Made by a program: the position numbers and the translations under genes. The notes beneath the pieces are model-generated. The model was not told the DNA's origin, ran no database searches, and worked only from the letters and a program-made list of their open reading frames with translations. A DNA stretch of 64,000 nt, taken from NCBI GenBank assembly GCA_951406725.2, contig OX597837.1, positions 37,820,001 to 37,884,000 on the forward strand, given 5' to 3'. The stretch comes from Octopus vulgaris. Lineage: Eukaryota. Shown one piece after another: positions 1 to 15,894 of the stretch. Within the stretch, counting starts at the first letter, position 1; each line of letters starts with the position of its first letter.

Positions 1-57
1 GACAGATAGATAGATAGATAGAGAAATAGATAGATAGAGAGATAGATAGATAGAGAA

Positions 58-154
<97 letters not shown>

Positions 155-240
155 GAAATAGATAGATAGAGAGATAGATAGATAGAGAAATAGATAGATA
201 GACAGATAGATAGATAGAGAGAGAGAGAAATAGAAAGACA
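1..240. repeat. (GATA)n microsatellite
   Basis: Direct tandem gata/gaga repeats. Confidence 0.95.
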
Positions 241-482
241 GAGAGTGAAGGCAGTTTTTCTTTTCTTTTCTTTTTTTTTAAATTCAAAAATGTTTTTTCT
301 ATATATCGTACGTTTATTAAACGTTATTTTATTTGATTCTAGATTGCTCCCGACCCATGCAACCCCAGTAATTTTCTCACTGCCAGCGAAATGTACTGAT
401 ATGCAAATGGCTGAAGTCACCGCATTTTTTTCGTTTACATATTTTGGTATAAGTTTGCTCCAAGTTGCTCTCTCTTTCTCAT

Positions 483-598
<116 letters not shown>

Positions 599-609
599 GC
601 ACACACACA

Positions 610-958
610 TATTCTCTTATTCTTTTACTTGTTTCACCGCCATGAGGTGTTTCATTCAGTCGAGCAAATCGACCCCAGGACTTATTCTTTTAAAGACTAG
701 TGCTTATTCTAACCGCTAAGTTACAGGGACGTAAACACACCAACACCAGTTGTCAAACGGTGATGGCGTGGGGGACAAACACAGACACAAACACACACGC
801 ATACGACGGGCTTCTTTCAGTTTCCGTCTACCAAATCCACTCACAAGGCTTTGCTTGGCCCAAGGCCTTTGTAGAAGACACTTGCCCAAGGTGCCATGCA
901 GTGGGACTGAACTCAGAACCATGTGTTTGGGATGCAAGATTCTTACCACACAGCCACG
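610..958 (-). mobile_element. SINE family A (tRNA-like head, CORE-like segment, internal microsatellite)
   Basis: Reverse complement matches the copies at 10008-10398 and 44658-45070 (gtggctgtgtggtaag...accttgggcaagtgtcttctac...gagtggatttggtagacggaaactgaaagaagc). Confidence 0.85.
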
Positions 959-1291
959 CTTTTATATATCTTATCGTATGTTTCAGTCATTGGACTGCGA
1001 CCATACTGGAGCACCAACTTTAAGGGTTTTAGTCAAACAAATCGATTCTAGTACTTAAAAGTGGTACTTATTCTATTGATCCTTTGGCGAACTGCTAGGT
1101 TACAGAGACGCAGACAAATACTATTATCAAAGCAATCACACACACACAGAGTAGGTTCCATTCACTCACAAGGAATTGGCTGACCCAGGGTATAGTAGAA
1201 AACATTTACCCAAGGTGTGCCGTGCGGTAGGATTTAACTCGGAACCACATGGTTGCAAGGCAAGGTTCTTCACCACGTTGTTAGTCATACC

Positions 1292-1925
1292 TATTTCTTT
1301 ACTGGCCACAAGGGGCTAAACACAGAGGGGACAAACAATGACAGACAAACGGATTAAGTCGATTACATCGACCCCAGTGCGTAACTGGTACTTAATTTAT
1401 CGACCCCGAAAGGATAAAAGGCAAAGTCGACCTCGGCGGAATTTGAACTCAGAACGTAGCGGCAGACGAAATACCTATTTCTTTATTACCCACAGGGGTT
1501 AAACACAGAAGGGACAAACAAGGACAGACATAGGTATTAAGTCGATTACATCGACCCCAGTGCGTAACTGGTACTCAATTTATCGACCCCGAAACGATGA
1601 AAGGCAAAGTGGACCTCGGCGGAATTTGAACTCAGAACGTAACGGCAGACGAAATACGGTTACGCATTTCGTCCGGCGTGCTAACGTTTCTTATTTCTTT
1701 ATTGCCCACAAGGGGCTAAACACAGAGGGGACAAACAAGGACAGACATGGGTATTAAGTTGATTACATCGACCCCAGTGCGTAACTGGTACTTAATTTAT
1801 CGACCCCGAAAGGATGAAAGGCAAAATCGACTTCGGCCGGAATTTGAACTCAGAACGTAGCGGCAGACGAAATACTGCAAAGCATTTCGCCCGGCGTGCT
1901 AACGATTCTGCCAGCTCGCCGCTTT
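1292..1925 (-). mobile_element. SINE family B trimer inserted into the head of a degenerate family A SINE
   Basis: Three tandem units starting tatttcttta at 1292, 1476 and 1692; head ends at ccagctcgccgc; flanked by direct repeat gttagtcatacc (1280-1291, 1929-1940). Confidence 0.9.
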
Positions 1926-2521
1926 GTAGTTAGTCATACCAGCGCCTACATACTCAAACAAAAAACTATAAAAACAACAGCAAAAAATGAAAACGTTACA
2001 CAAAAGAAAGACATGATTGTTATTGCAAGAATATCTTTGTTGGAGATTATGGATGACAAAGGATTAAGTAGAGATTTCACTGTTTGGTGCAGCTGTATTT
2101 AATAATATTTTTGTTTTCTGTTCCATTCGTCCCCAGACCCCTTGTCTGTCCTTGTATCGCCCACTCTATAGGTATTAGGCTTGACATTTTTGCGAGAAGG
2201 GGTCTAATTCATTATATCGACCCCCATTCCTGTTCAATATTATTAATCTGTAATACCTCCGTTGTTCTAATCATTGATCCTTCTATTCCGCCATTCTGTC
2301 ATAACTATTCTACATTATTATTCTATATCACCCGTTGTTTTCTTCTCATTTTTCTTAATGCATCCTACTATAGCCCCCGGCCGACCAAAGCCTTGTGAGT
2401 GGATTTGGTAGACATAAACTGAAAGAAGCCTGTTTTATATATATATATGTATGTATATATATATAAAGCTGCCTGGATTGTTGACAATCCTTTACGGTGA
2501 TATTGCTTTCTCAAATTGTGT

Positions 2522-2615
<94 letters not shown>

Positions 2616-2619
2616 GGGG

Positions 2620-2790
2620 GGGGAGTTTACGACAAAAACAAAAGACGAAGACAGGTGGTGTACAAAACGAACATGTATTAGTACAACGCTCAGGAATAGA
2701 AAAAGTCTTTTACGTTTCGAGCCTACGCTCTTCTACAGAAAGGGACACAGAAAAAACAAGGAGAGAAACAAGGACATATAAAAAAGTGTT
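2620..2790 (-). mobile_element. Short hammerhead-bearing cassette (Penelope-like LTR / retrozyme-like)
   Basis: Reverse complement is homologous to 48185-48345; carries cttt-CTGTAGA-A-GAGC-gtag-GCTC-GAAAC-GTA-aaag at 2707-2742. Confidence 0.7.
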
Positions 2791-2984
2791 TAGTGGCTAA
2801 CGATCTATCATGGCGACTGCCAGACTAAAGGGTCACACACGAGGGCGAAGAAATCCTTCGTTTTTGCATTTTGTTTGCAAGATTACTTATGTGAAAGGCA
2901 CTATGATTCTCCTCAGACACACACACACACACATACACAAATATATATACGTACAAACAAGTACGCACGCACAGACACATGTGT

Positions 2985-3215
2985 GTGTGTGTGTGTGTGT
3001 AGCTTTGTATTTGTGTCTGTTCGTCACCACTGCTCGACGACTAGTATTGGTTTGTTTACGTCCCTGTAACTTAATAGTTCGGCAAAAAAAAGTCCGATAG
3101 AATAAATACCAGGTTTGAAAATAAGATAAGCCCTGGGGTCAATTCAATTCGAACTAAAACCCCTTCAAGGCGGTGCCCCAGCATGGCCGCAGTCAAAGGC
3201 TTGAAACAAGTAACA
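2985..3215 (+). mobile_element. SINE family A, 3' half (5' part at about 2370-2435)
   Basis: Matches the A tail (tttacgtccctgtaactt...ggggtcaattcaattcgaactaa...cagcatggccgcagtc). Confidence 0.75.
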
Positions 3216-3472
3216 GGAAAAAGGCAACCATTCCTAATACTCAGACCCGAAAAGACTGTACCGACGGCTTGCCTTTTACAGGACCCTATAACACTGGGGT
3301 CAAAAAGGGGGAAGTAACTGCAATTCAGAGTTTTACTCCAACGGTAAGTAACATACATCAAGATAGCGAGTTATCTCCCCTAAGAATATGCTTAACCCTC
3401 TGTCACACAATCCTATTCTGCAGTATTAATCGCTCATACTTGTTCTGTTTTAATCATTCTCTTATATATCTA

Positions 3473-3987
3473 CTAGCAGTATCGCCCGGCGTTGCTCGGG
3501 TTTGTAAGGGAAATAACTATATAAGCATTTTTAGAGAGTTACTTCCCTTATAGATGCCAATTCGGGCTTTCTTAGCCATTTCTGTTTTGGTGTCTTCAAG
3601 CCATGAAGTCGTTGTTCTAAAAGAACGCTGGTCTCCTTGACAACGCTTTACGACGTTGATTTCTTTACACTCCCTTCCCCACAGCTTCACGAGGGAGGGA
3701 AGAAGGGGAAGAAGCAAACAGGTGCAGGTGTGACCATGGACACCAACTCCGCCGCCATCGACATACGATGCATTTTATGCATTAAAATGGAATAAAAAAT
3801 GATGTTAAATTATTTTTAAAATCGTAGACTCATCGTAGACGCGCGCTAATAGTCAGACGGGCTCGATATGAATCACGACTATAAGATACCCGAATTTGGT
3901 TAAACTGCACCGCAAAATGTGGGAGGAGTTAGGAATCTAAATCGAAGGGGACAGACACTCACACAACTAGAGTTTTATATATATAGA
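3473..3987 (-). mobile_element. Non-autonomous Helitron
   Basis: On the minus strand it starts TC(tatatata), ends CTAG, has a GC hairpin (cccgagcaacgccggg) about 10 nt from the 3' end, and sits between A and T with no TSD. Confidence 0.75.
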
Positions 3988-4165
3988 TTTGACGTTGATA
4001 AACTATTATTCCTGTTCTGTTCCATCATTTCATTATATCTGTTATTCTGTTATTCTTATTTATTTAGTTTTTTTTTCGTCTTCTAAATTATGATTGTGAA
4101 ATTGTGGCAAACGTCATGATGTAGGACACTTATTGTAATGACGATTACGTGTCAATATATATATA

Positions 4166-4677
4166 TACCGTAAATCCTCGAGTATAGTCCGCCCTTGAGT
4201 ATAATACGCAGGGGATTTTTGGGGGGCTGTACTTCTGAAAAACCTAAACCTTGTGTATAATACACACCCCTTCTCTAACTTGAGTCGTGCGTAATTAAGC
4301 CAGCAGCACCTAGTCGAACAAACACTTCCAAGCATGCGTAATACAATAATGGTGATGTTCTTAACTGTTATATGGGAATGTAAATATGTTTGCAAATTGT
4401 TTTTGTTACATGTTATTCTGTGTTTTGAATACTTTGCTTACTGCAAGTTATGGATGATTCTTTTATGACTTCATTTCTTTCAGGCTTAGCTTAAGGTATT
4501 TTCGCACCCGACATCACAAAATGCGTCTGAATAAACATTGCCGGACAGCAACTAGAGACTCGGACATTGCTTAGAAAATATTTTTCATTTTTAACCTCGT
4601 ATATAGTACGCACTAGGGATTTTGACCTTTAAATTTTGGGAAAATTATACTCGGATTATACTCGAAGATTTACGGTA
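4166..4677. mobile_element. Tc1/mariner-superfamily MITE
   Basis: TIRs ccgtaaatcctcgagtata / tatactcgaagatttacgg, TA on both sides. Confidence 0.85.
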
Positions 4678-5119
4678 TATATGTTACTTTGCCTAACTAA
4701 TTCACTCCGTCGCTGAAGTTATGAATTCAATAACCTGGTATCTCAACCACCAATTTTGATGATAAGAAAAAGGAAAGCGTATAACAGAGTGAGGAAGAAA
4801 AAAAGGGAGAAGAGGGAGGAATATGATAATATATATATTTATGTATGTAACTTATAAATAAGGGCAAACGAAAAAATTTCTAATGCCAAATATGCGGAAA
4901 ATTGGACATATTGTCCATTTACCATATAATTTTTTCCCCCTCAGTACGCACGCTACTCGGAAAAGGTCGACAGAAATCTCTAAAAAATTCCATTATTACC
5001 ATATTGGACCGATTTCAGGGTTAGTTCAAAAAGAACCCTCCCCTCGTCAGTGATAAATGTGGCAAAGAAGTAAATGAGATACTTACTCATACCCATATGT
5101 ATGTATGTATGTATGTATG

Positions 5120-5153
<34 letters not shown>

Positions 5154-5407
5154 TGTATGTATGTATGTATGTATGTATGTTTGTATGTATGTATGTATGC
5201 TTTTCTCGGACTACCTGCTCCTTCATCCTTCTCCTCCTCTCTGACCTATTTCCTTTTCTCGACAAAGAGCTACACTTGAAACGTCATTCCCACTCCTAGT
5301 TTTCCATCTAAAACTTTCACTGAGTGTCCGTCTAACATATAATCACTGTGTACAAAGGTCTAATTGACTTTTGTTGTTTTTTCCCGTATTTTTATTTATT
5401 TATTTGC

Positions 5408-5463
<56 letters not shown>

Positions 5464-5648
5464 TTATATGTAAACATACTTTCCCACTGAACTTCTGAAA
5501 TTGTTTCAGATAAAGCCTGCATATAGTTTAACATATACAGAAAAATTAATTAATTAATTAAATAATTAAGAAGGTTCAAGAGCAGGCTGTTCCGTTGATC
5601 GGATCAACTGAAACCCTTGTCGTCGTAACCGACGGAGTGCTCCTAATA

Positions 5649-5689
<41 letters not shown>

Positions 5690-5847
5690 TCCTGTTGACA
5701 GGTTGTCTCCTTGAGCAAGATACTTTATCTCACGTTGTTCCAGTCCATACAGCTGGCAAAAGTGAGTTGTACCTGTATTTCAAAGGGCCAGCCATATCAC
5801 AGTCTGAGTCACGTTGAATCTATCTCCCTGAGAACTACATTAAGAGT

Positions 5848-6238
5848 GGATGGAGGAAGCACTCCGTCGGTTACGACGACGAGGGTTCCGGTTGATCCGA
5901 TCAACGGAACCGCCTGCTCGTGAAATTAACGTGTAAGTGGCTGAGCACTCCACAGACACGTGCACCCTTAACGTAGTTCTCGGGGATATTCAGCGTGACA
6001 CAGAGAGTGACAAGGCCGGCCCTTTGAAATACAGGTACAACAGAAACAGGAAGAAAGAGTGAGAGAAAGTTGTGGTGAAAGAGTACAGCAGGGATCACCA
6101 CCATCCCCTGCCGGAGCCTCGTGGAGCTTTTAGGTGTTTTCACTCAATAAACACTCACAACGCCCGGTCTGGGAATCGAAACCGCGATCCTACGACCGCG
6201 AGTCCGCTGCCCCAACCACTGGGCCATTGCGCCTCCAC
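5848..6238 (-). mobile_element. SINE family D, full length, nested antisense in a related SINE
   Basis: tRNA-like head gtggaggcgcaatggcccagtgg...ggtttcgattccc; 11-bp TSD acattaagagt (5837-5847, 6241-6251); near-identical to 28531-28916. Confidence 0.9.
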
Positions 6239-6615
6239 AAACATTAAGAGTACACGTGCCTGTGCAGTGTTCAGCCACTTGCACTTTCATTTTCACAATC
6301 AGGCTGTTCCATTGATCGGATCAACTGGAAACCTCGTCGTCATAACTGACGGAATACCAGCTTGTTTTTATACAGAGACTGCTGCTGTACCCCGTCTTCA
6401 AATTTAGGAGTTGATACCTCATCAGGCGATGAAGCAACTCTATAAGTGTTTCGGCCCATTTCACCTACTAAAAAGTACGAAATCAGAGCGGTCCAGTCTC
6501 CGGCCATTGTCCACCAGAACCATTATCATTTCTGAATATTCTCGAACCCAAGACCTTATAACATAATCCGAAAGCCACGAACACCAATGCTTGTGTGTGT
6601 GAGCAAGACAGTATC

Positions 6616-7035
6616 TGTTTCTTTACTACCCACAAGGGGCCAAACACAGAGAGAACAAACAAGGACAGACAAACGGATTAAGTCGATTATATCGACCCCA
6701 GTGCGTAACTGGTACTTAATTTATCGACCCCGAAAAGATGAAAGGCAAAGTCGACCTCGGTGGAATTTGAACTCAGAACGTAGCGGCAGACGAAATACCT
6801 ATTTCTTCACTACCCACAAGGGGCCAAACACAGAGAGAACAAACAAGGACAGACATAGGTATTAAGTCGATTATATCGACCCCAGTGCGTAACTGGTACT
6901 TAATTTATCGACCCCGAGAGGATGAAAGGCAAAGTCGACCTCGGCCGGAATTTGAACTCGGAACGTAACGACAGACGAAATACGGCTACGCATTTCGCCC
7001 GGCGTGCTAACGTTTCTGCCAGCTCGCCGCCCTTC
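6616..7035 (-). mobile_element. SINE family B dimer
   Basis: Two units joined at gaaatacc|tatttc; flanked by agcaagacagtatc / agcaagaacagtatc. Confidence 0.9.
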
Positions 7036-7239
7036 AGCAAGAACAGTATCGTCGAGTCAATTGCCCCCGCCCCATTCCCCCAGCGCATTACTGGTATGCT
7101 ATTTCATCGATTCCGGAAAGATTATCAGCTAAGTTGACCTTGGTGAGATGTCAAACCCAGAAAGGCAAAGAGGAAGTAACGAAATGCTGTAGAACATTTA
7201 ATCCCGCATTCTAATATTTCTGCCCAATTCTTCCCGCCC

Positions 7240-7292
<53 letters not shown>

Positions 7293-7440
7293 GTAATAAT
7301 GATAATGATAATAATAATAGTAATAATAATTAGAGTAATTACAATCACGTCATTTAATCGTCAATTGGGAAATATAATATTCGACATCTGAGATGCAACT
7401 TCCGTTTGGGTTTTTTATTTTTAAAATCAGCAAGATGTCG

Positions 7441-7454
7441 GTTACCATGGTAAC
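7441..7454. promoter_or_regulatory. RFX X-box-like palindrome
   Basis: GTTACCATGGTAAC is a perfect 14-bp palindrome matching the X-box consensus GTTNCCATGGNAAC; it lies in a non-repetitive island. Confidence 0.4.
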
Positions 7455-7571
7455 GATTCTTTCACTGTCTCTGTCATACCACAACCACACGCGCACGCGC
7501 ACGCACACACGCACGCACACACACACACATGCATATATGTTTACTCATACACATGCATGCATACATACATA

Positions 7572-7655
<84 letters not shown>

Positions 7656-7997
7656 GTGTACACACACACATATACACACACACATACACACACACACACA
7701 CATATATATACACATACTTAACTCATCTCCCTCTAATTATCGTTTTTACATTTTGTTTTTTTTTTGTTTTTCCCAAAATTCTAATGTTCCTTCTCCTCCT
7801 CCCCTTCCCTATCTTTTTTCTTCTCTTCTTTCTCCTCCCACCGCTCTCCCTTATTACTCCCACTCTCTGCCTTATCTCTTCTGACTCTCACCCTGTCCTC
7901 TCTCTCTCCCTCTGTCCGCCTGACTGTCTCTCTGTCTCTCTGTCTGTCTGCCTGTCTCTTTGTCTGTCTCTGTGTCTGTCTATCTGTCTGCCTGTCT

Positions 7998-8050
<53 letters not shown>

Positions 8051-8566
8051 CAAATACTGATTCTCAAATATCATTCAAACTGAGTAAAGTTCAGAAACGC
8101 AAAAGTACAACAACAACAACTACAACAACAACAACAGCAGCAGCAGTAGCAGCAGCAACAACAACAACAACAACTAGGACAACAAAAATGAGTACAGCAA
8201 CAGCACATCCGAGCCAGCAACAGCAAATCAACATGGAGACGCTATTTCAGTTGTTTGATCTCATACTTATTACTGACACCTAGGTGAACGGATTGTTGGA
8301 CTATATAGTCTGAGAATAAATTGCAAGTAACATCAACACCATGTTCTCGATGCCCTTAGCAGAGTCCTCTGTCTAGCAACACTTCTGAATAGGCTAGGAG
8401 ACCCTCCTCTCACCGTTCTCAAAGTTTTCCCAAAGTATCATGAATATTGCAGCACAATTTTGAAGCTATTTGTAACAAGTACTTACACTTGTCGATTTTG
8501 AAACGTAAATTAGTGACTCTAAAATTCACGAATATTTGAGGAAATAAATATGTTTTGAATAATATT

Positions 8567-8811
8567 TATTTCTTTATTGCCCACAGGGGGCTAAACATAG
8601 AGGGGACAAACAAGGACAGACAAAGGGATTAAGTCGATTATATCGACCCCAGTGCGTAACTGGTACTTATTTAATCGACCCCCGAAAGGATGAAAAGCAA
8701 AGTTGACCTCGGTGGAATTTGAACTCAGAATGTAACGGCAGACGAAATGCCTATTTCTTTACTACCCACAAAGGGCTAAACACAGAGAGGACAAACAAGG
8801 ACAGACAAACA
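8567..8811 (-). mobile_element. SINE family B, one unit plus a partial unit
   Basis: Junction gaaatgcc|tatttc at about 8752; no head. Confidence 0.85.
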
Positions 8812-8859
8812 GGTTAAAAGCTGTGCACCTTCTGATTGCCTTACATAAACTTTCAGACA

Positions 8860-9080
8860 TATGAGGGGGTGCTGAAAAGTTCCTGGCTTTAGGGGTACTG
8901 TGGAAGGTCTGGTTGGAGACCCAACCTTCTGAGTTCTTTTACAGGGCTTAGAAAAACTGAAGGACCACTGCAATAATTGTGTGAATCCGAGAGGGGAAGA
9001 TGTTGAATAATATCATAATTAAGTGATCCTTTAGTGTTTTCTTTCACCCCCAAACCAGGAACATTTCAGAGCCCCTCGTA
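8860..9080 (+). mobile_element. Mariner-derived MITE
   Basis: Ends tatgagggggtgctgaaaagttcctgg / ccaggaacatttcagagcccctcgta; the interior encodes a mariner-like C-terminus (FFTGLRKLKDHCNNCVNPRGEDVE*). Confidence 0.8.
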
Positions 9081-9568
9081 TACGTACATAGCCCTTCAGA
9101 AGGTCGCTTGTGACATTAAGACCTCTAGTTCCTTCACCTCTTGACATCGACTAAGCCATTGAAAGCCACACACACACACACACACATGCATTATGTTAGA
9201 TAATCAGCGATTAATCAGAGATCACCCTAATCCTCTTAATCCTTCTAATAAGTCATCACGGTTATTATCACCCATCCTCTTCTCTCTCTTCTCTACACTC
9301 GTCGTTTCAAGTTCATTGACGATCGCACATTTCACAGCGAGGATAAAAGCATCAATGGTCTATCAACACATGCCTTTTGAGTTCGATCTCGGGGTAGGGT
9401 TGTGTATTGGTGGTGTTTAATGACTAAGGGTGTAACTGCACTTCGTTTTATGTTGCAGCAATTAGGCCAAGGGTGAGGTTGTTGGCGGGAACTTTTGAGA
9501 GACCCGTATCAGGTGTCGCGCGGAGAGTTAACCTGCCATGAATAGACGACAGATCCTCGACGAGTTTC

Positions 9569-9599
<31 letters not shown>

Positions 9600-9889
9600 A
9601 TGTATGTATGTATGTATGTATGTATGTATGTATGTGTGTATGTATGTGTGTGTGTGTATGTGTGTGTGTATGTATGTATGTATGTATGTATGTATGTATG
9701 TATGTGTGTATGTATGTGTGTGTATGTGTGTGTGTGTGTATGTGTGTGTGTATGTATGTATGTGTGTATGTATGTATGTGTGTGCATGAACAGATATACG
9801 TACATGTGAGAGTAATATACATATGTATGTTTGTGTGTTTGTATAAGTGTCTATGTGTATGTGTTTGTGTATATGTTTGTGCCTATATA

Positions 9890-9927
<38 letters not shown>

Positions 9928-10007
9928 CATACACACACACATACTAACACATACATACATACATACATAAAAGCAAGTATTATTTGTACACATACACACA
10001 TACACAT

Positions 10008-10394
10008 GTGGCTGTGTGGTAAGTAGCTTGCCGACCAACCACATGGTTCCGGGTTCAATCCCACTGCGTGGCAGCTTGGGCAAGTGTCTTCTACTATAGC
10101 CTCGGGCCGACCAATGCCTTGTGAGTGGATTTGGTAGATGGAAACTGAAAGAAGCCTGTCGTATATGTATGTATATATATATATGTGTGTGTGTTTGTGT
10201 GTCTGTGTTTGTCCCCCTAGCATTGCTTGACAACCGATGCTGGTGTGTTTACGTCCCCGTCACTTAGCGGTTCGGCAAAAGAGACAGATAGAATAAGTAC
10301 TGGGCTTACAAAAGAATAAGTCCCGGGGGTCGATTTGCTCGACTAAAGGCGGTGCTCCAGCATGGCCGCAGTCAAATGACTGAAACAAGTAAAA

Positions 10395-10398
<4 letters not shown>
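10008..10398 (+). mobile_element. SINE family A, near full length
   Basis: A-box-like tggctgtgtgg, B-box-like ggttcaatccc, CORE-like cttgggcaagtgtctt, internal TA/TG tract, tail ending tgaaacaagtaaaagaata. Confidence 0.9.
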
Positions 10399-10457
<59 letters not shown>

Positions 10458-10578
10458 GGTGCATGTAGGTGGTCATGGATGGATAACCATGCAATATTAC
10501 ACACAGACGTTCAAACATTTGAGCGATGTGTGTTAGTGGATCTTGAAGTGACATTATTAAACCACAAAGCCAAGCCCT

Positions 10579-10617
<39 letters not shown>

Positions 10618-10938
10618 CCACTGACGAGTATAGACATGGACACACACACACACCACCCCAGTACACCTTCCTCAATTAATGCTGTACTTTGTACTCCGGT
10701 CGAGATTATGAATTAGACACAACTCTTTTAAATGTCACGAGTTAAACACCATAAGCTGCGCGCGCATACACACACGCGCGCGACCACACACGCACGCACG
10801 CACATACATACACACTCATCACTCCCTACATTAATACATACCATACATACATACACACGCTTATATGGTATGTACACTTGGGCGAACACTGTGTAATAGT
10901 GACACATCTATCTATCCATCCATCCATCCATCCATCTA

Positions 10939-10984
<46 letters not shown>

Positions 10985-11100
10985 CGTCCGTCCGTCCGTC
11001 CGTCCGTCCGTCCGTCCGTCTGTCTGTCTGTCTGTTCGTCCGTCCGTTCGTTTGTCTGTCTGTCTGTCTGTTAGTCTCTATCTAGCTCTCTATCTGTCTG

Positions 11101-11145
<45 letters not shown>

Positions 11146-11364
11146 ATATCTATCTATCTATCTATCTATCTATCTGTGTATCTATAAATACATACATACA
11201 TACATAATACATACACACATACATAAAAATATACATATAATGTGTATGTGTGTATATATATATATAGACATATATATATATATATATGTATATATATGTA
11301 TGTATGTATATATATGTATATATATATATATATGTGTGTGTGTACGTATGTATGTATAAATATA

Positions 11365-11418
<54 letters not shown>

Positions 11419-12420
11419 AAATAATTAATCATATATGCTTACGCACGTTTCATTAACTCTTTGTGTGTATGTGTGTGTATAAATGCTAACAACGCGATTC
11501 ATATGTGCATCTTGTGCAGTAACTATACTATATTTTGTATAGCTACTATTGTTACTTATGCACATTGTAACCCAGACCAGGAACGAAGGATTCCCTATGT
11601 GTCCAGTGGAGATGCTAAAAACAATAGCCATAGTCCGATCTATCTCAAATTACAGTATAATGTTAATAAACAACCACACGATGGATTGGATAATGGACCT
11701 CTGAATGCAATGTAAAAGGAGAGGAAATGTCTGACAGGAATTTGTTTTCTTACAGGTGTAAAAGTAGTAAGTTGAAAAACCTTGAATTGACCTGGATTAT
11801 AATTTTGAATTATCGGAGATTAAACTCTTGAATTAACTAAGATTAAACTCGCTCGAGCGACGATTAAGATCCAAAAAGCATGTGGAGGATGTGCCTCCAA
11901 TATTATCAGATAAACGAAGTCTTTGCAAAATGCAGACAATGTTTCACTGACGAAACTAAATTATACCGAAACGCGTATGTTGTTTACGCTAGTTTAGTGT
12001 TTCTTATAGAGGGTTAGGCCCTCTTGGTGTATGAAGATTGCGTACACTCATACATATACATATACATATACATACGTACATATATACACAAACACATATG
12101 TATGTAGATATATATGCATATATATGTGTGTATACTGCATATGTATGCGAATGTGAACGCTTGTGGATAAGCATGTTCACACTGATGAATGAAAGTACGT
12201 GTACATTTACGTGTGTAGGTGTGTGTGTGTGTTGTTTGTGACCAATTCTTGCACAACTTCAGAAAATTCTGCTCTTTTGATTCTCTGTTTATTTCTACCT
12301 ATTAATGAGTCAGGTCTTGCTAGAGCACCGCCTGGAGAGAAGTGGAGCTTTTTTTATTATTATATTAAATTTTTTCAATCACGTTTTCTGTTATATTTTT
12401 GGTTTTTGTTATATTTTTGC

Positions 12421-15150
<2,730 letters not shown>

Positions 15151-15553
15151 GTAAGGAAAAGTGAAAAAAAAAGAAAAATTATATAACTTTTCTTCGCAGA
15201 CTTGATAGATAAGGACTTTTTTGTTTGCTTCAAGAAAATTACTGCTTTTTAATTACCCTGAAGGTATAATGAATGCGCATGCGTAAAAACACACACACAC
15301 ACAGTTTAGACATAATATCTATCTATATAGTATAGTCTTATTTTATATATATATATATATATATATAAATATATAAACATATACATATACATATACAAGT
15401 GGATGAGACCGGTTTCCTGGATTCTGCAGTGTGTGCGTGTATATACACACACATATATATATATACCTATGTACATACTTACATATATGCGTACACATAC
15501 ATTTACATAAGCACATACATGTATGCTTACATATACAAAGACATACACACACA

Positions 15554-15793
15554 TAGGGTGTCCAAAAAGTCTCTCTGCAGTAAGTATTTAATGGTTTTCG
15601 GGCGATTCTTGTACACTGATCCTTTACTTGCTCCCCAGAAAAAAAAAAATCTGGCGGTATTGAATCAAGTGATCTTGGTGGCCAAAGTCCCTTCAAAATA
15701 ATCCGTTTACCGAAAAAACTCTTGAAGTAGCGCCATAGTGATGCGCAGGGTGCATAAAAATTCACTGTCGAGAGACTTTTTGAACACGCTGTA
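15554..15793 (-). mobile_element. Internally deleted Tc1/mariner element
   Basis: TIRs agggtgtccaaaaagtctctc / gagagactttttgaacacgct; minus-strand remnant GLWPPRSLDSIPPDFFF resembles the WPPRSPDLTP.DFF motif. Confidence 0.8.
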
Positions 15794-15894
15794 CATACAT
15801 ACATACATACATACATACATACATACATACATACATACATACATACATACATACATACATACATACATACATGCATACATACATTTCAGAATGT

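Noticed and set aside
6412-6456. Type II hammerhead on the minus strand (gccGAAAC...CTGATGAggt)
   Set aside because: Stems I and III have only about 2 bp; compatible with chance.
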